Positions 50,358 through 59,310 are shown, counted from the stretch's first letter. The stretch is DNA of 64,000 bases from Acutalibacteraceae bacterium (GCA_045537395.1 JAZSPI010000092.1:7169-71168); one strand, 5' to 3'. Notes: generated from the letters alone by a model not told the origin. Made by a program: numbers and translations.

Positions 50358-50909
50358 TTACACCCACCTTTGCATATAAATCAAATCCTGATATGTACCG
50401 TCTTTGAGTTTACATGCCTTTGGTTTAACAGAAACAATTTTAAATCCGAATTTCTCATAAAGTGCTTGTCCCCTGTTGTTCCCTTCAAGAAATTCGAGTT
50501 CAACAATTTCCGTATCTTTGTGTTCTTGTGCTGCTTCTATAAGTTCTGTGAACATAGCAGAGCCGATGCCCAGATTCCAATAATCCTTAATAATAGCAAT
50601 ACCCAATACTGCTCGGTGGAAAGTTTTGCTTCCACTCAAAAAGTTGATGTCGCAGTTTCCGACGATTTTTCCGTCAATATAACATGCTATAACCAAAGTT
50701 TTATCAGATTCCCGGACATCAGAAATCCATTTTTCTTCACTTTCTACTGTAACGCCGTCCCAATCCTCCAGATAACGGGAAAGGAAGTTCGTTTCTCCGC
50801 TTGAAGTTTTAATGCTGTTGAGAAGCATTTCGCCATCTTCGATTTGAGGAGTTTTAAGAATTGCCGTAATTCCGTTTTTCAGTTCGATTTCCTTTGGTTC
50901 AAAAATCAT
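50358..50909 (-). CDS. GNAT-family N-acetyltransferase
   Basis: The DYWNLGIGSAMFTELIEAA motif is present. 183 aa. Confidence 0.8.
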   Translation of the reverse strand: MIFEPKEIELKNGITAILKTPQIEDGEMLLNSIKTSSGETNFLSRYLEDWDGVTVESEEKWISDVRESDKTLVIACYIDGKIVGNCDINFLSGSKTFHRAVLGIAIIKDYWNLGIGSAMFTELIEAAQEHKDTEIVELEFLEGNNRGQALYEKFGFKIVSVKPKACKLKDGTYQDLIYMQRWV

Positions 50910-51200
50910 AATCTTGCCTCCATAAAAATAAAAAATGCGTCTCTGACCGTAAAATCAGAAACGCAAACTCAGTAAAAAGTTATAATTATCTGCACACGGA
51001 CAAAGTAATATCGGTTTTTTCTTTTATCACTCGCCACATCATTTTGTCCGCCTGCCTTTCAAATTTCTTTTTATTCAGTATAGCACCCTATTTTTTGAAT
51101 GTCAATAAAATCATATATTGTTATCTCTTTTTACTGTTGCACAACATATTCCCCTTACCTGGAAAAAATATTATTATTCTGTTACAAATCAACATAACTA

Positions 51201-51229
51201 TTGACAGAAAGGCCGTATTTTGGTAAAAT
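51201..51229 (+). promoter_or_regulatory. sigma-70 promoter of the 51.3-56.1 kb operon
   Basis: TTGACA, 17 nt, TAAAAT, with a TG extended -10. A 5' stem-loop (51261-51285, TTCGGGTGAGT/ACTCACCGAA) abuts the GGAGG RBS. Confidence 0.55.
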
Positions 51230-51298
51230 ATTTACAACTGCAATTGGTTGCAAAAGAATTTTCGGGTGAGTGCTTACTCACCGAAGGAGGATTATATC

Positions 51299-52060
51299 AT
51301 GATGACAGATGCAAAAACCTTGGCGTACATAAACATGTATGCTATTTTAGGTACTCTGGAAAACCTTTGCGAACTTGACAAAGAAGCAAGCGAGCTTGTT
51401 AAAACAAAGAAGCCTGTTTCTGTTGGTCTTGAAGTAAAAGACGGCCCCAGTGCTACCATCACCTTCTCAAACGGCAGATGCAGAATGGAACAGGGCACAG
51501 CAAACTGTGATGTTCTTCTTCCCTTCTCATCCTGCGAAAAATTCAACGGTCTTATCGACGGTACCGTTACTCCCATCCCCTCAAAGGGCTTTTCAAAGAT
51601 AGGCTTCCTTCTTAAGAAGTTCACTCCCCTTACTGATATTCTTTCAAAGTATCTCAAGGCTACGGACGAAGATCTTAAGGATGACAGATTCTTTGAAATC
51701 AGCACAAAACTTATGTTCTATGTTATCACCGTTGCCCTTTCACAGATAGGTAACAACGATGAAATCGGCAAGTTCAGTGCAAGTCTTATTCCTGACGGTA
51801 TTATCGACGTTTCCATTAAAGATTGCGTTTCCGCAACCATTCAGGTTAAGGACAGCCATATGATTACAATCAAAGAAAAGCCCGAAGCCTTCCGTTCACA
51901 GATGCAGTTCTGCGACATCCGTACTGCAAGAGCTCTCTTTGACGGCAAAATCAACGCCATCGCTTCCATCGGTGAGGGCAAGGTTGAAATGCACGGTCTT
52001 ATCAATATGATTGACAACGTTAACAGAATACTTGACAGAGTAGCACTCTATCTTGCATAA
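51299..52060 (+). CDS. protein of unknown function, tentatively SCP2-like (sterol/lipid carrier fold), paralog A
   Basis: 253 aa. The C-terminal pattern DIRTARALFDGKINAIASIGEGKVEMHGLINMIDNVNRIL resembles the SCP2 Gk-l-i-G-d tail. It is a paralog of the 55320-56123 product, with shared motifs LxFxSxExxNxxxxGxxTP and FYxxxxAxSQ. Confidence 0.45.
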   Translation: MMTDAKTLAYINMYAILGTLENLCELDKEASELVKTKKPVSVGLEVKDGPSATITFSNGRCRMEQGTANCDVLLPFSSCEKFNGLIDGTVTPIPSKGFSKIGFLLKKFTPLTDILSKYLKATDEDLKDDRFFEISTKLMFYVITVALSQIGNNDEIGKFSASLIPDGIIDVSIKDCVSATIQVKDSHMITIKEKPEAFRSQMQFCDIRTARALFDGKINAIASIGEGKVEMHGLINMIDNVNRILDRVALYLA

Positions 52061-52072
52061 GGAGGTACAGAT

Positions 52073-53338
52073 ATGAGTTTTCCCGTATACAAAACCGATA
52101 AAAGCAGAGAAATGTTCTCTCGCGCTACAAAAGTAATCCCTTCAGGTATCTACGGTCATCTCGGTCCTGCTGAAGGTCAGTTCATTCCCGTATCAAAATG
52201 GCCCATGTTTGCCGAAAAAGCAAAGGGTACATATGTATGGGACGTTGACGGTAACAAATTTATCGACTATATGTGTGCATACGGTCCCAATGTATTAGGT
52301 TACTGTGATCCCGATGTTGATGCTGCTGCCGCAAAGCAGATAGCACTCGGTAACTGCACCACACAGCCGGGCAAAGTTATGGTTGAATGTGCAGAACTTC
52401 TGGTTGACACAGTTGCTTGTGCTGACTGGGCTTTCTTTGCAAAGAACGGTAACGATGCCACACAGGGCGCTATTATGTGCGCAAGAGCACATACTCACAG
52501 AAAGAAAGTTATTATGTTCTCAGGTTACTACCACGGTGTTTCTCCCTGGTGCCAGAAGATTGACTATCCGGGCGTTCTTCCCGAGGATGTTGCTAACAAC
52601 ATTATGCTTCCCTGGAACGATATTCCTCTTCTTGAAAGAACTATCGAAGAAAACAAAAATGAAATTGCCTGTCTTATCGCTCAGCCTTATGATCACGGTA
52701 ATTTCCACGATAACGCTTTTCCCGAAGACGGTTTCTGGCCTAAAGTAAGAGAAATCTGCACAAAGAATGACATCGTTCTTATTATTGACGATGTTCGTGC
52801 AGGCTTCCGTCTTGATCTTGCAGGCTCTGACCACTATTTTGGCTTTGAGGCTGACCTTATCTGCTTCTGTAAAGCACTCGCAAACGGTTACAATATGTCG
52901 GCTATCTGCGGTAAGGAATTTCTCAAGGGTGCTATGAGTTCTCTTGCATATACAGGTTCTTACTGGCTTTCAGCAGTTCCCTTTGCAGCTTGTATTGCAA
53001 ACATCAATAAGATGAAGGCTCTCGACATCCCCACAATGTTCAAACAGAAGGGTGAGAAACTTTGCAACGGTCTTGTAAAAGCAGGTGCAGAACACGGTAT
53101 TGACCTTGTTGTATCAGGTGCTCCCGCACTCTTCTACTTAAGAATAGGCAACGATGACAGTATGCTTCTCCATCAGGAATGGATTGCTGAAATGGTTTCA
53201 AGAGGCATTTTCCTTGCTTCTCACCATAACCACTTCATCAATGCTGCTCTTTCCGACAAGGATATCAAGCACACTATCGCAGTTGCTGAGGAATGCTTCG
53301 GTATTGTAGCAAAGAATCATCCCGAACTTTTCAGATAA
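52073..53338 (+). CDS. class-III (GSA-aminomutase-like) PLP-dependent aminotransferase
   Basis: 421 aa. Motifs: DVDGNKFIDYMCAYGPNVLGY, IIDDVRAGFRL, and a candidate PLP-Lys in FCKALANGYN. Confidence 0.8.
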   Translation: MSFPVYKTDKSREMFSRATKVIPSGIYGHLGPAEGQFIPVSKWPMFAEKAKGTYVWDVDGNKFIDYMCAYGPNVLGYCDPDVDAAAAKQIALGNCTTQPGKVMVECAELLVDTVACADWAFFAKNGNDATQGAIMCARAHTHRKKVIMFSGYYHGVSPWCQKIDYPGVLPEDVANNIMLPWNDIPLLERTIEENKNEIACLIAQPYDHGNFHDNAFPEDGFWPKVREICTKNDIVLIIDDVRAGFRLDLAGSDHYFGFEADLICFCKALANGYNMSAICGKEFLKGAMSSLAYTGSYWLSAVPFAACIANINKMKALDIPTMFKQKGEKLCNGLVKAGAEHGIDLVVSGAPALFYLRIGNDDSMLLHQEWIAEMVSRGIFLASHHNHFINAALSDKDIKHTIAVAEECFGIVAKNHPELFR

Positions 53339-53402
53339 TTATGTAAATTTTCTCCTATTGAGAGGAGATTAATATTAAATTACTATAATGGAGGAAAACA
53401 TT

Positions 53403-54281
53403 ATGCCACTTTCAAAAAATGAATGGCTTGCTCTCGAAAAAAAGGCTTATGAACTTCGTAAGCTTACAATTCAGACAACTGTATGGGCAGGCAGCGGACA
53501 TCTCGGCGGCGGTATGAGCGTTATGGACCTTCTTACCGTTCTCTATCACAAGTATCTTAACATTAAAGTTGAAGATCCCAAATGGGAAGACAGAGACCGT
53601 TTCATCCTTTCAAAAGGTCACGCAGCTATTGCTTATGCTCCCGTACTTTGCGACAAAGGCTTCAACGATGTTGAACTTCTTAAGACCTTTAACCTTTCCG
53701 GTTCAAAGATGGGTATGCATCTTGACTCAAACAAGGTTGTAGGTGTTGACGCATCCACAGGCTCACTCGGCCACGGTGCTTCAATTGCTGCAGGTACTGC
53801 TCTTGCTGCAAGAGTTCTCAAAAAAGACTACCTTACATATGTTGTAACCGGTGACGGTGAACTCGGTGAAGGTTCAAACTGGGAAGGCTTTATGACAATG
53901 AATCATTACAATCTTTCCAACTGTATCGTATTCATCGACCGTAACCACTGCATGATCGACGGCCCCACAGAAGAAGTTATGAAACTTGAACCCGTCGCAG
54001 ATAAGATGAGAGCTTTCGGCTTCAATACTATCTGTGTTGACGGTAACAACATCGGCGCTCTCTGCGAAGCGATTGATGCTGCTATCGAAAGAGCAAAAGA
54101 ACCCTGCGCACCCACATGTATCGTTATGGATACAAAGAAGGGCGCCGGCGTTAAGACAATGGAAGGCGATTATCTCTGGCACTACGGTGCTATTGATGAT
54201 GTACTTTTCGAAAAGTTCAACAAAGAACTTGAAGAAGATTATAAAGCACGCTGTGCAAGAGCAGAAAAGGAGGGCAAATAA
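53403..54281 (+). CDS. transketolase-like enzyme, N-terminal (PP-domain) subunit
   Basis: Motifs: SGHLGGGMS, DRFILSKGHAA, STGSLGHG, VTGDGELGEGSNWE, IDRNHCMIDG, WHYG. Start set at MPLSK with a GGAGGAAAA RBS. Confidence 0.85.
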   Translation: MPLSKNEWLALEKKAYELRKLTIQTTVWAGSGHLGGGMSVMDLLTVLYHKYLNIKVEDPKWEDRDRFILSKGHAAIAYAPVLCDKGFNDVELLKTFNLSGSKMGMHLDSNKVVGVDASTGSLGHGASIAAGTALAARVLKKDYLTYVVTGDGELGEGSNWEGFMTMNHYNLSNCIVFIDRNHCMIDGPTEEVMKLEPVADKMRAFGFNTICVDGNNIGALCEAIDAAIERAKEPCAPTCIVMDTKKGAGVKTMEGDYLWHYGAIDDVLFEKFNKELEEDYKARCARAEKEGK

Positions 54282-54283
54282 TT

Positions 54284-55297
54284 ATGGCAGGCGGATTTGT
54301 TTATAACGCAGTTGACCAGACTTCTATTTCAACTGCTGAAATTTACGGTAAAACCTTATCCGATATTATCATTAATGACCCCAAGGTTGTTGCTATTACT
54401 CCCGACCTTGCAAAGTCAACAAAATTAGGTGACGTTCTCAAGGTTTGCCCCGAAAGAGTTTTCAACGTCGGTATCGCTGAACAGGATATGTTTGGTGTTG
54501 GTGCAGGTATGGCAAGAGCAGGTCTCATCCCCTTCATGTCAGGTTTCTCTGCTTTCACATCAATGAGAGCCTGTGACCAGCTTCACACAGATATCTGCTA
54601 TCAGAACGTAAACGCAAAAATCATTGCTACTCATGCAGGTACATCCTTTGGTCAGGCAGGTTCAACTCACCATGCAATTACTGACCTTGCTATCACAAGA
54701 GCAATGCCCAACCTTACCGTTATCGTTCCCGCTGACGGTATCGAAACTGCACATGCAGTAAGAGCAGCATATGAAAACCCCGGTCCCTACTACATCCGTA
54801 TCAACCGTGGTTTCGACCGTGTTCTTTATTCCGGCAACCAGGATTACGGCTTTGAAGTAGGTAAGGCTGTTGAACTTCACGAAGGTACAGATATCACAGT
54901 TATCGCTTGCGGTTCCTGTGCATTCCAGGCTCTTCAGGCTGCTAACTTCCTTGAAAATTCAGACGGTCTTAAGGTTCGCGTTCTCAATATGCACACCATT
55001 AAGCCTATCGACAAGGAAGCAATCATCAAGGCAGTTCTTGACACAAGAAGAATTATCACTGTTGAAGACCACAGCGTAATCGGCGGTCTCGGTTCAGCCG
55101 TTGCCGAAGTTATGGTTGAAGCAGGTAAGGGCTGTGCATTCAAGATGCTCGGTCATCAGGATAAGTTTGCTCCCATCGGTCTTCACGAAGACATTATGTC
55201 TGAAGTTGGTATTGATACTAACGGTATCATTGCTGCTGTTCGTGAAGTTATGAACAAAGACTTTGAAGAAGACGATAACTGGGACGACGAATTTTAA
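54284..55297 (+). CDS. transketolase-like enzyme, C-terminal (Pyr plus C-domain) subunit
   Basis: Motifs: PERVFNVGIAEQDMFGVGAGMA, ATHAGTSFGQAGSTHH, HTIKPID, VEDHSVIGGLGSAV. The usual N-terminal ATR motif reads STA. Confidence 0.85.
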   Translation: MAGGFVYNAVDQTSISTAEIYGKTLSDIIINDPKVVAITPDLAKSTKLGDVLKVCPERVFNVGIAEQDMFGVGAGMARAGLIPFMSGFSAFTSMRACDQLHTDICYQNVNAKIIATHAGTSFGQAGSTHHAITDLAITRAMPNLTVIVPADGIETAHAVRAAYENPGPYYIRINRGFDRVLYSGNQDYGFEVGKAVELHEGTDITVIACGSCAFQALQAANFLENSDGLKVRVLNMHTIKPIDKEAIIKAVLDTRRIITVEDHSVIGGLGSAVAEVMVEAGKGCAFKMLGHQDKFAPIGLHEDIMSEVGIDTNGIIAAVREVMNKDFEEDDNWDDEF

Positions 55298-55319
55298 TTA
55301 ATACAAGGAGGCAAAGATT

Positions 55320-56123
55320 ATGGCTCATACAAAAGAAGCCTTATACTCAAACAAAATTTTCCTTAATGCAGCTTTGCCGCTTGTAAAGGTTATTGCAAAC
55401 GACGTTCCTTCTCTTAAGAAAAAGTTTGAAAATGTGGAGGCAGTTATCCAGGTAAGTTGTCTTGACCCTGAAAGTGAAGACGGCAAGCAGGGCATGCACT
55501 TTATTGTAAACAAAGGTGAATGGCTTGTTCATACCTGTCTTACAGAAAACCCCGATATCGAACTTACTTTCAAGAGCATGGAAGCACTCAATGATTTCTT
55601 CAAGGGCAACATCACCCCGGCAGGCATTCCGAAAATCAAAGGCCTCAAGAAAGCCGGTGTTCTTGTATCATTTGTAATGGTACTTCTTAAAATGGCTGGT
55701 CTTTTAGGTGCTACAGAAGCTCCGAAGGATGAAGAGACAAAAGAACTTCTCGTTAAATGTTACTTCTATCTTCTTTCCAGCGCTATCAGTCAGCTCAACA
55801 AAATGGGACACACAGAAATCAGAGACTGGACCTCTAAGAGCCCTGACCGTGTTTATGCTTTCGCAGTTGACGGTTATCCTCAGGTTTCTGCTTACCTTCG
55901 TATTAAAGCAGGTAAGTCCCGTGCAGGCAGAGGCGAATATAAGAGAGCAATGCCCTTCTTCACCCTTCGCTTCAATAACCTTGACAGTGCACTCGGTATT
56001 CTTCTCAGCACTGACGATATGCTTGAAAGCACAAAGGCAGGCAAACTTATAATGGACGGTGCTCCCGAATTCGGTGCACAGATCGGCGGATTTATGCTGG
56101 AAATCGCCGCACTTGCTAAATAA
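55320..56123 (+). CDS. protein of unknown function, tentatively SCP2-like, paralog B
   Basis: 267 aa, homologous along its length to the 51299-52060 product at roughly 20-25% identity by eye. Confidence 0.45.
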   Translation: MAHTKEALYSNKIFLNAALPLVKVIANDVPSLKKKFENVEAVIQVSCLDPESEDGKQGMHFIVNKGEWLVHTCLTENPDIELTFKSMEALNDFFKGNITPAGIPKIKGLKKAGVLVSFVMVLLKMAGLLGATEAPKDEETKELLVKCYFYLLSSAISQLNKMGHTEIRDWTSKSPDRVYAFAVDGYPQVSAYLRIKAGKSRAGRGEYKRAMPFFTLRFNNLDSALGILLSTDDMLESTKAGKLIMDGAPEFGAQIGGFMLEIAALAK

Positions 56124-56139
56124 ATCATAAAAGAATAAA

Positions 56140-56170
56140 AGTAGTCGCAGTAAAATGCGGCTACTTTTTT
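56140..56170 (+). terminator. intrinsic terminator of the five-gene operon
   Basis: The AGTAGTCGCA/TGCGGCTACT stem is followed by a T6 run. Confidence 0.75.
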
Positions 56171-57203
56171 ACGATTTTTGTTTGAAAGTAATTTTTTGCT
56201 CTATAGTATCAACAGTTGCATCCACTCCGAAGGGGATGATACATCTTGGTAAAGCGTGTCCCACGTTTACATTATACACAATGGGAAGTGAAGGGTTGCC
56301 GATTACCTCAATAAGAACCTTTTTGTATTCTTCGTAATAAACTTCCTCTGCAGGTTTTCCTACTATGATTCCGCTGATTACATCGAAAATACCTGTATTT
56401 TTTAAAGTAATAAGAGATTCTTTGTATTTCTCGGGTGCTGGTTTCATTTCACTCGATTCGAGCAGTAGTATTCTGCCTTTCCAAAAATTCATGTTAGGGA
56501 ACAAACCGTATTTCCTGCATAGTTCAGGTGAATCCTTATACCACTCTCCTGTATACATATCGAACAAGGTTTCAATACATCCGCCGAAAATTTTACCGCT
56601 GAAAACACCTTTTCCCTGCAAAAGTTCAAAGCCCCTATTTTTGTGTTTCTTTAATGGTGTACCCATTTGTTCTTTGCTGAAATCGGTTCTGTTTTCATAC
56701 CATAAATCAGAAGGAGTTATTTCTTTGATTGTTCCCGTAGTGATAAGTTCTTCGAAATATTTGCCCGTATAGGGAAGAATATTATTTTCTAATTCACATA
56801 TATCCGCTAAAAAGGATTGACCGTAAAAGGTATTAAGTCCCACCTTGTTGAGCATAAAGTGGTTTGCTGTCGTATCGGAAAAGCCCAAAAAAATTTTTTC
56901 ACTTACAGCATTTTTTAATTCGTCGTTCTTGAATAGGTACGGTATTAGCCTGTATGTATCATCGCCGCCTATGGCACATAAAATCATATCGACTTCGTTG
57001 TCACTGAAAGCCTGTATAAGGTCTTCCGCCCTTTTTTCCGGATGGGCTTTCAGATAATCATGACCTTTAAGAGCGTTATCCATAAACTTGACCTTAAGAC
57101 CGTAATTTTTTAATCGAGATATTCCCAGTTCTATTTCGTGTCTTGCAAAATCTTCCCCTGCCGTTCCATGGGAAAGGCTGATTATCGCTACAGTTTTAAC
57201 CAT
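56169..57203 (-). CDS. S66-family LD-carboxypeptidase (MccF-like)
   Basis: The nucleophile motif is FLGFSDTT and a late GHALP His motif is present. Start set at MVKTVAI because a TTGATT-17-TATAAT promoter lies inside the longer track ORF. Confidence 0.8.
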   Translation of the reverse strand: MVKTVAIISLSHGTAGEDFARHEIELGISRLKNYGLKVKFMDNALKGHDYLKAHPEKRAEDLIQAFSDNEVDMILCAIGGDDTYRLIPYLFKNDELKNAVSEKIFLGFSDTTANHFMLNKVGLNTFYGQSFLADICELENNILPYTGKYFEELITTGTIKEITPSDLWYENRTDFSKEQMGTPLKKHKNRGFELLQGKGVFSGKIFGGCIETLFDMYTGEWYKDSPELCRKYGLFPNMNFWKGRILLLESSEMKPAPEKYKESLITLKNTGIFDVISGIIVGKPAEEVYYEEYKKVLIEVIGNPSLPIVYNVNVGHALPRCIIPFGVDATVDTIEQKITFKQKS

Positions 57204-57228
57204 AATTTTCACCTCATTTACTTTTTTC

Positions 57229-57257
57229 ATTATAACAAGTCGATGAGTTAAAATCAA
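57229..57257 (-). promoter_or_regulatory. promoter of the LD-carboxypeptidase gene
   Basis: Minus strand TTGATT (57257-52), 17 nt, TATAAT (57234-29). Confidence 0.5.
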
Positions 57258-57360
57258 GATTTAGAGTCAACCTGTGCGGGAGGACAAAAAAATAAAGCCA
57301 CGAACTGCATCCGCGACAACAACACTTCTACACTTTCCTATCTTAAATGTTCCCTAAAAT

Positions 57361-57420
57361 GAAATAACCCCCGAGACCGATGTTTCTTTACACATCTTAA
57401 CTGGTCTGGGGGGTTATTTC
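57361..57420. other. 60-nt extended hairpin in a gene-free divergent region
   Basis: GAAATAACCCCC-g-AGACC-GATGT...ACATC-ttaa-(c)TGGTCT-GGGGGTTATTTC. About 22 paired positions with small bulges. Confidence 0.6.
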
Positions 57421-57883
57421 TGTGAACTCTTGTTATCTAACATCTTTTGTTATCCTCTCTTTCTACAGAATGGATTTTCTTCATTTTTCAGATTCATCGG
57501 GCATCTTCTGTTTTTTGTTTTCATTCTTTCCTTTTAAATCTATATCTTCAATGCCGGATGTTTCTTATGAAGATTTTTTGGACTCTTTAGTTTTTCGGTT
57601 AAAGATTTTTAAAATGTTTTTACTTTAATTTTTTTAACCTTTAAAGAGTTCTTTGGATTTACCTGTACATTGGTATCACCTTTCCCTTTCTGTGACTATA
57701 ATATAACATATATTTTTACCAATTGCAATATCTAAATTGTACAAAGTTAACTTTAGTTTTTCGTATATTACGCAGAAACTATGAAAAATGCACAAAAAGC
57801 GTTGACTTTGCTTTTTGGATTTGATATTATAGATATGTTGGGGCGTTTATGCCCTGTTTTTATTTGACGAGATTTTGTCTGTC

Positions 57884-57912
57884 TTGACAAAAAGACCTCT
57901 TTCTAATATAAT
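57884..57912 (+). promoter_or_regulatory. consensus sigma-70 promoter of trpS
   Basis: TTGACA (57884-89), 17 nt, TATAAT (57907-12), 28 nt upstream of the ATG. Confidence 0.7.
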
Positions 57913-57940
57913 TATAGCACTATTGAAAGGACGATATAAT

Positions 57941-58975
57941 ATGGAAGATAAAATCATTACTCCTCAGGCAGAAGCCCCCGAAAAAAGAAAGAAGATACTT
58001 TCATGTATTCAGCCCTCAGGTATTCCCACTCTCGGTAACTACCTCGGTGCACTTAAAAACTGGAAACTTCTTTCCGATGAATTTGACAGCGCTTTTGCCG
58101 TTGCAGATTTGCACGCCATCACCGTAAGACAGGACCCGCAGAAACTTCGAAAGCAGATTATGGAGGTTTTTGCTCTTCTGCTTGCCATCGGTCTTGACCC
58201 GGAAAAAAACATAATCTTTATTCAGAGCCATGTTCCTGCACATTCTCAACTTGCATGGATTCTTAATTGCTACACAAAGTTCGGTGAGATGTCAAGAATG
58301 ACTCAATTTAAGGATAAATCTCTTTCACATGCTGACAATGTCAATGTAGGTCTTTTCTCCTATCCTGTGCTTATGGCGGCAGACATTCTCCTTTATCAGG
58401 CTGATCTTGTTCCCGTTGGTGCAGATCAGAAGCAGCATCTTGAAATTGCCCGTGATATTGCGAGTCGATTCAACGGTATTTATGGTAAGACTTTCACCAT
58501 CCCTGATCCTTATATTTCAAAGACAGGCTCTGCAAGAGTTATGTCTTTACAGGATCCCACAAAGAAAATGAGTAAATCTGATCCCAATCCTAAATCCTAT
58601 GTTTCTGTTTTTGATGCACCCGAAACCATTATGAAAAAAATCAGAAGCGCAGTTACCGACTCGGAAGGCGGCGTATATTACGGCGAGGGTAAGGAAGGCG
58701 TAAATAACCTTATGAGCATTTATTCCGCTTGCACAGACCTCAGTTACGATCAGATTCAGAAAGAGTTTGAGGGCAAGGGTTACGGAGACTTTAAAAAGGC
58801 AGTCGGTGAGGCTGTGGTTGAAGAGCTTCGTCCCGTAAGAGAAAGATATGAAATGCTGATGAAGGATCAGGCATATCTTAAGGAGCTTGCTGCAAAGGGC
58901 GCAGAAAGCGCAAACAGAGTGGCTAACAGAACACTCAGTAAGGCAATGAAAAAATGTGGATTTATTTTGCCGTAA
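57941..58975 (+). CDS. trpS: tryptophan--tRNA ligase
   Basis: SCIQPSGIPTLGNYLGA (HIGH-region equivalent), GADQKQHLEIARD and KMSKS. Start set at MEDKII with a GAAAGGA RBS downstream of the promoter. Confidence 0.93.
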   Translation: MEDKIITPQAEAPEKRKKILSCIQPSGIPTLGNYLGALKNWKLLSDEFDSAFAVADLHAITVRQDPQKLRKQIMEVFALLLAIGLDPEKNIIFIQSHVPAHSQLAWILNCYTKFGEMSRMTQFKDKSLSHADNVNVGLFSYPVLMAADILLYQADLVPVGADQKQHLEIARDIASRFNGIYGKTFTIPDPYISKTGSARVMSLQDPTKKMSKSDPNPKSYVSVFDAPETIMKKIRSAVTDSEGGVYYGEGKEGVNNLMSIYSACTDLSYDQIQKEFEGKGYGDFKKAVGEAVVEELRPVRERYEMLMKDQAYLKELAAKGAESANRVANRTLSKAMKKCGFILP

Positions 58976-59000
58976 AACATAAAACTGTATAGTATAGAAA

Positions 59001-59040
59001 CGGACAGGCTATGAAAAGTCTGTCCGATGTTTGTTTTTTT
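59001..59040 (+). terminator. intrinsic terminator of trpS
   Basis: The CGGACAG/CTGTCCG stem is followed by ATGTTTGTTTTTTT. Confidence 0.75.
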
Positions 59041-59310
59041 CGACTTTTTTCCTATATTCTCCGTGTTACAATAAATCTCTGTCGTCAAAAACGAATCTTT
59101 GCCATTTATATATCTTAAACAGAATTGTTTTTTCTAACAAACTACACAAATAATGTTAATCGTTTTTAATCAGTTTGTAACAAAATAACAAAAACTATTG
59201 AAATTTATTTTTTGGAGTGCTATTATGGTATTTGTAGAATTGTAAAGGTGGGGAGGTATGCCTTTCTCCCTTTAAAAATTACGAAATAGAATGTAAAAGA
59301 GGGTGAAAAA

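Noticed and set aside
57422-57628. 68-aa plus-strand ORF in the trpS-upstream gap
   Set aside because: Its Phe/Ser/Leu-rich translation is simply the product of a T-rich tract. It has no RBS and GTG start context only. I treat the region as non-coding on the plus strand.
57802-57865. Second promoter-like TTGACT-17-TATTAT followed by a GGGC/GCCC hairpin and a T-run, considered as a tiny attenuator or T-box remnant
   Set aside because: The hairpin is only 4 bp, and there is no specifier or T-box sequence. It is more simply a weak tandem promoter upstream of the consensus trpS promoter.
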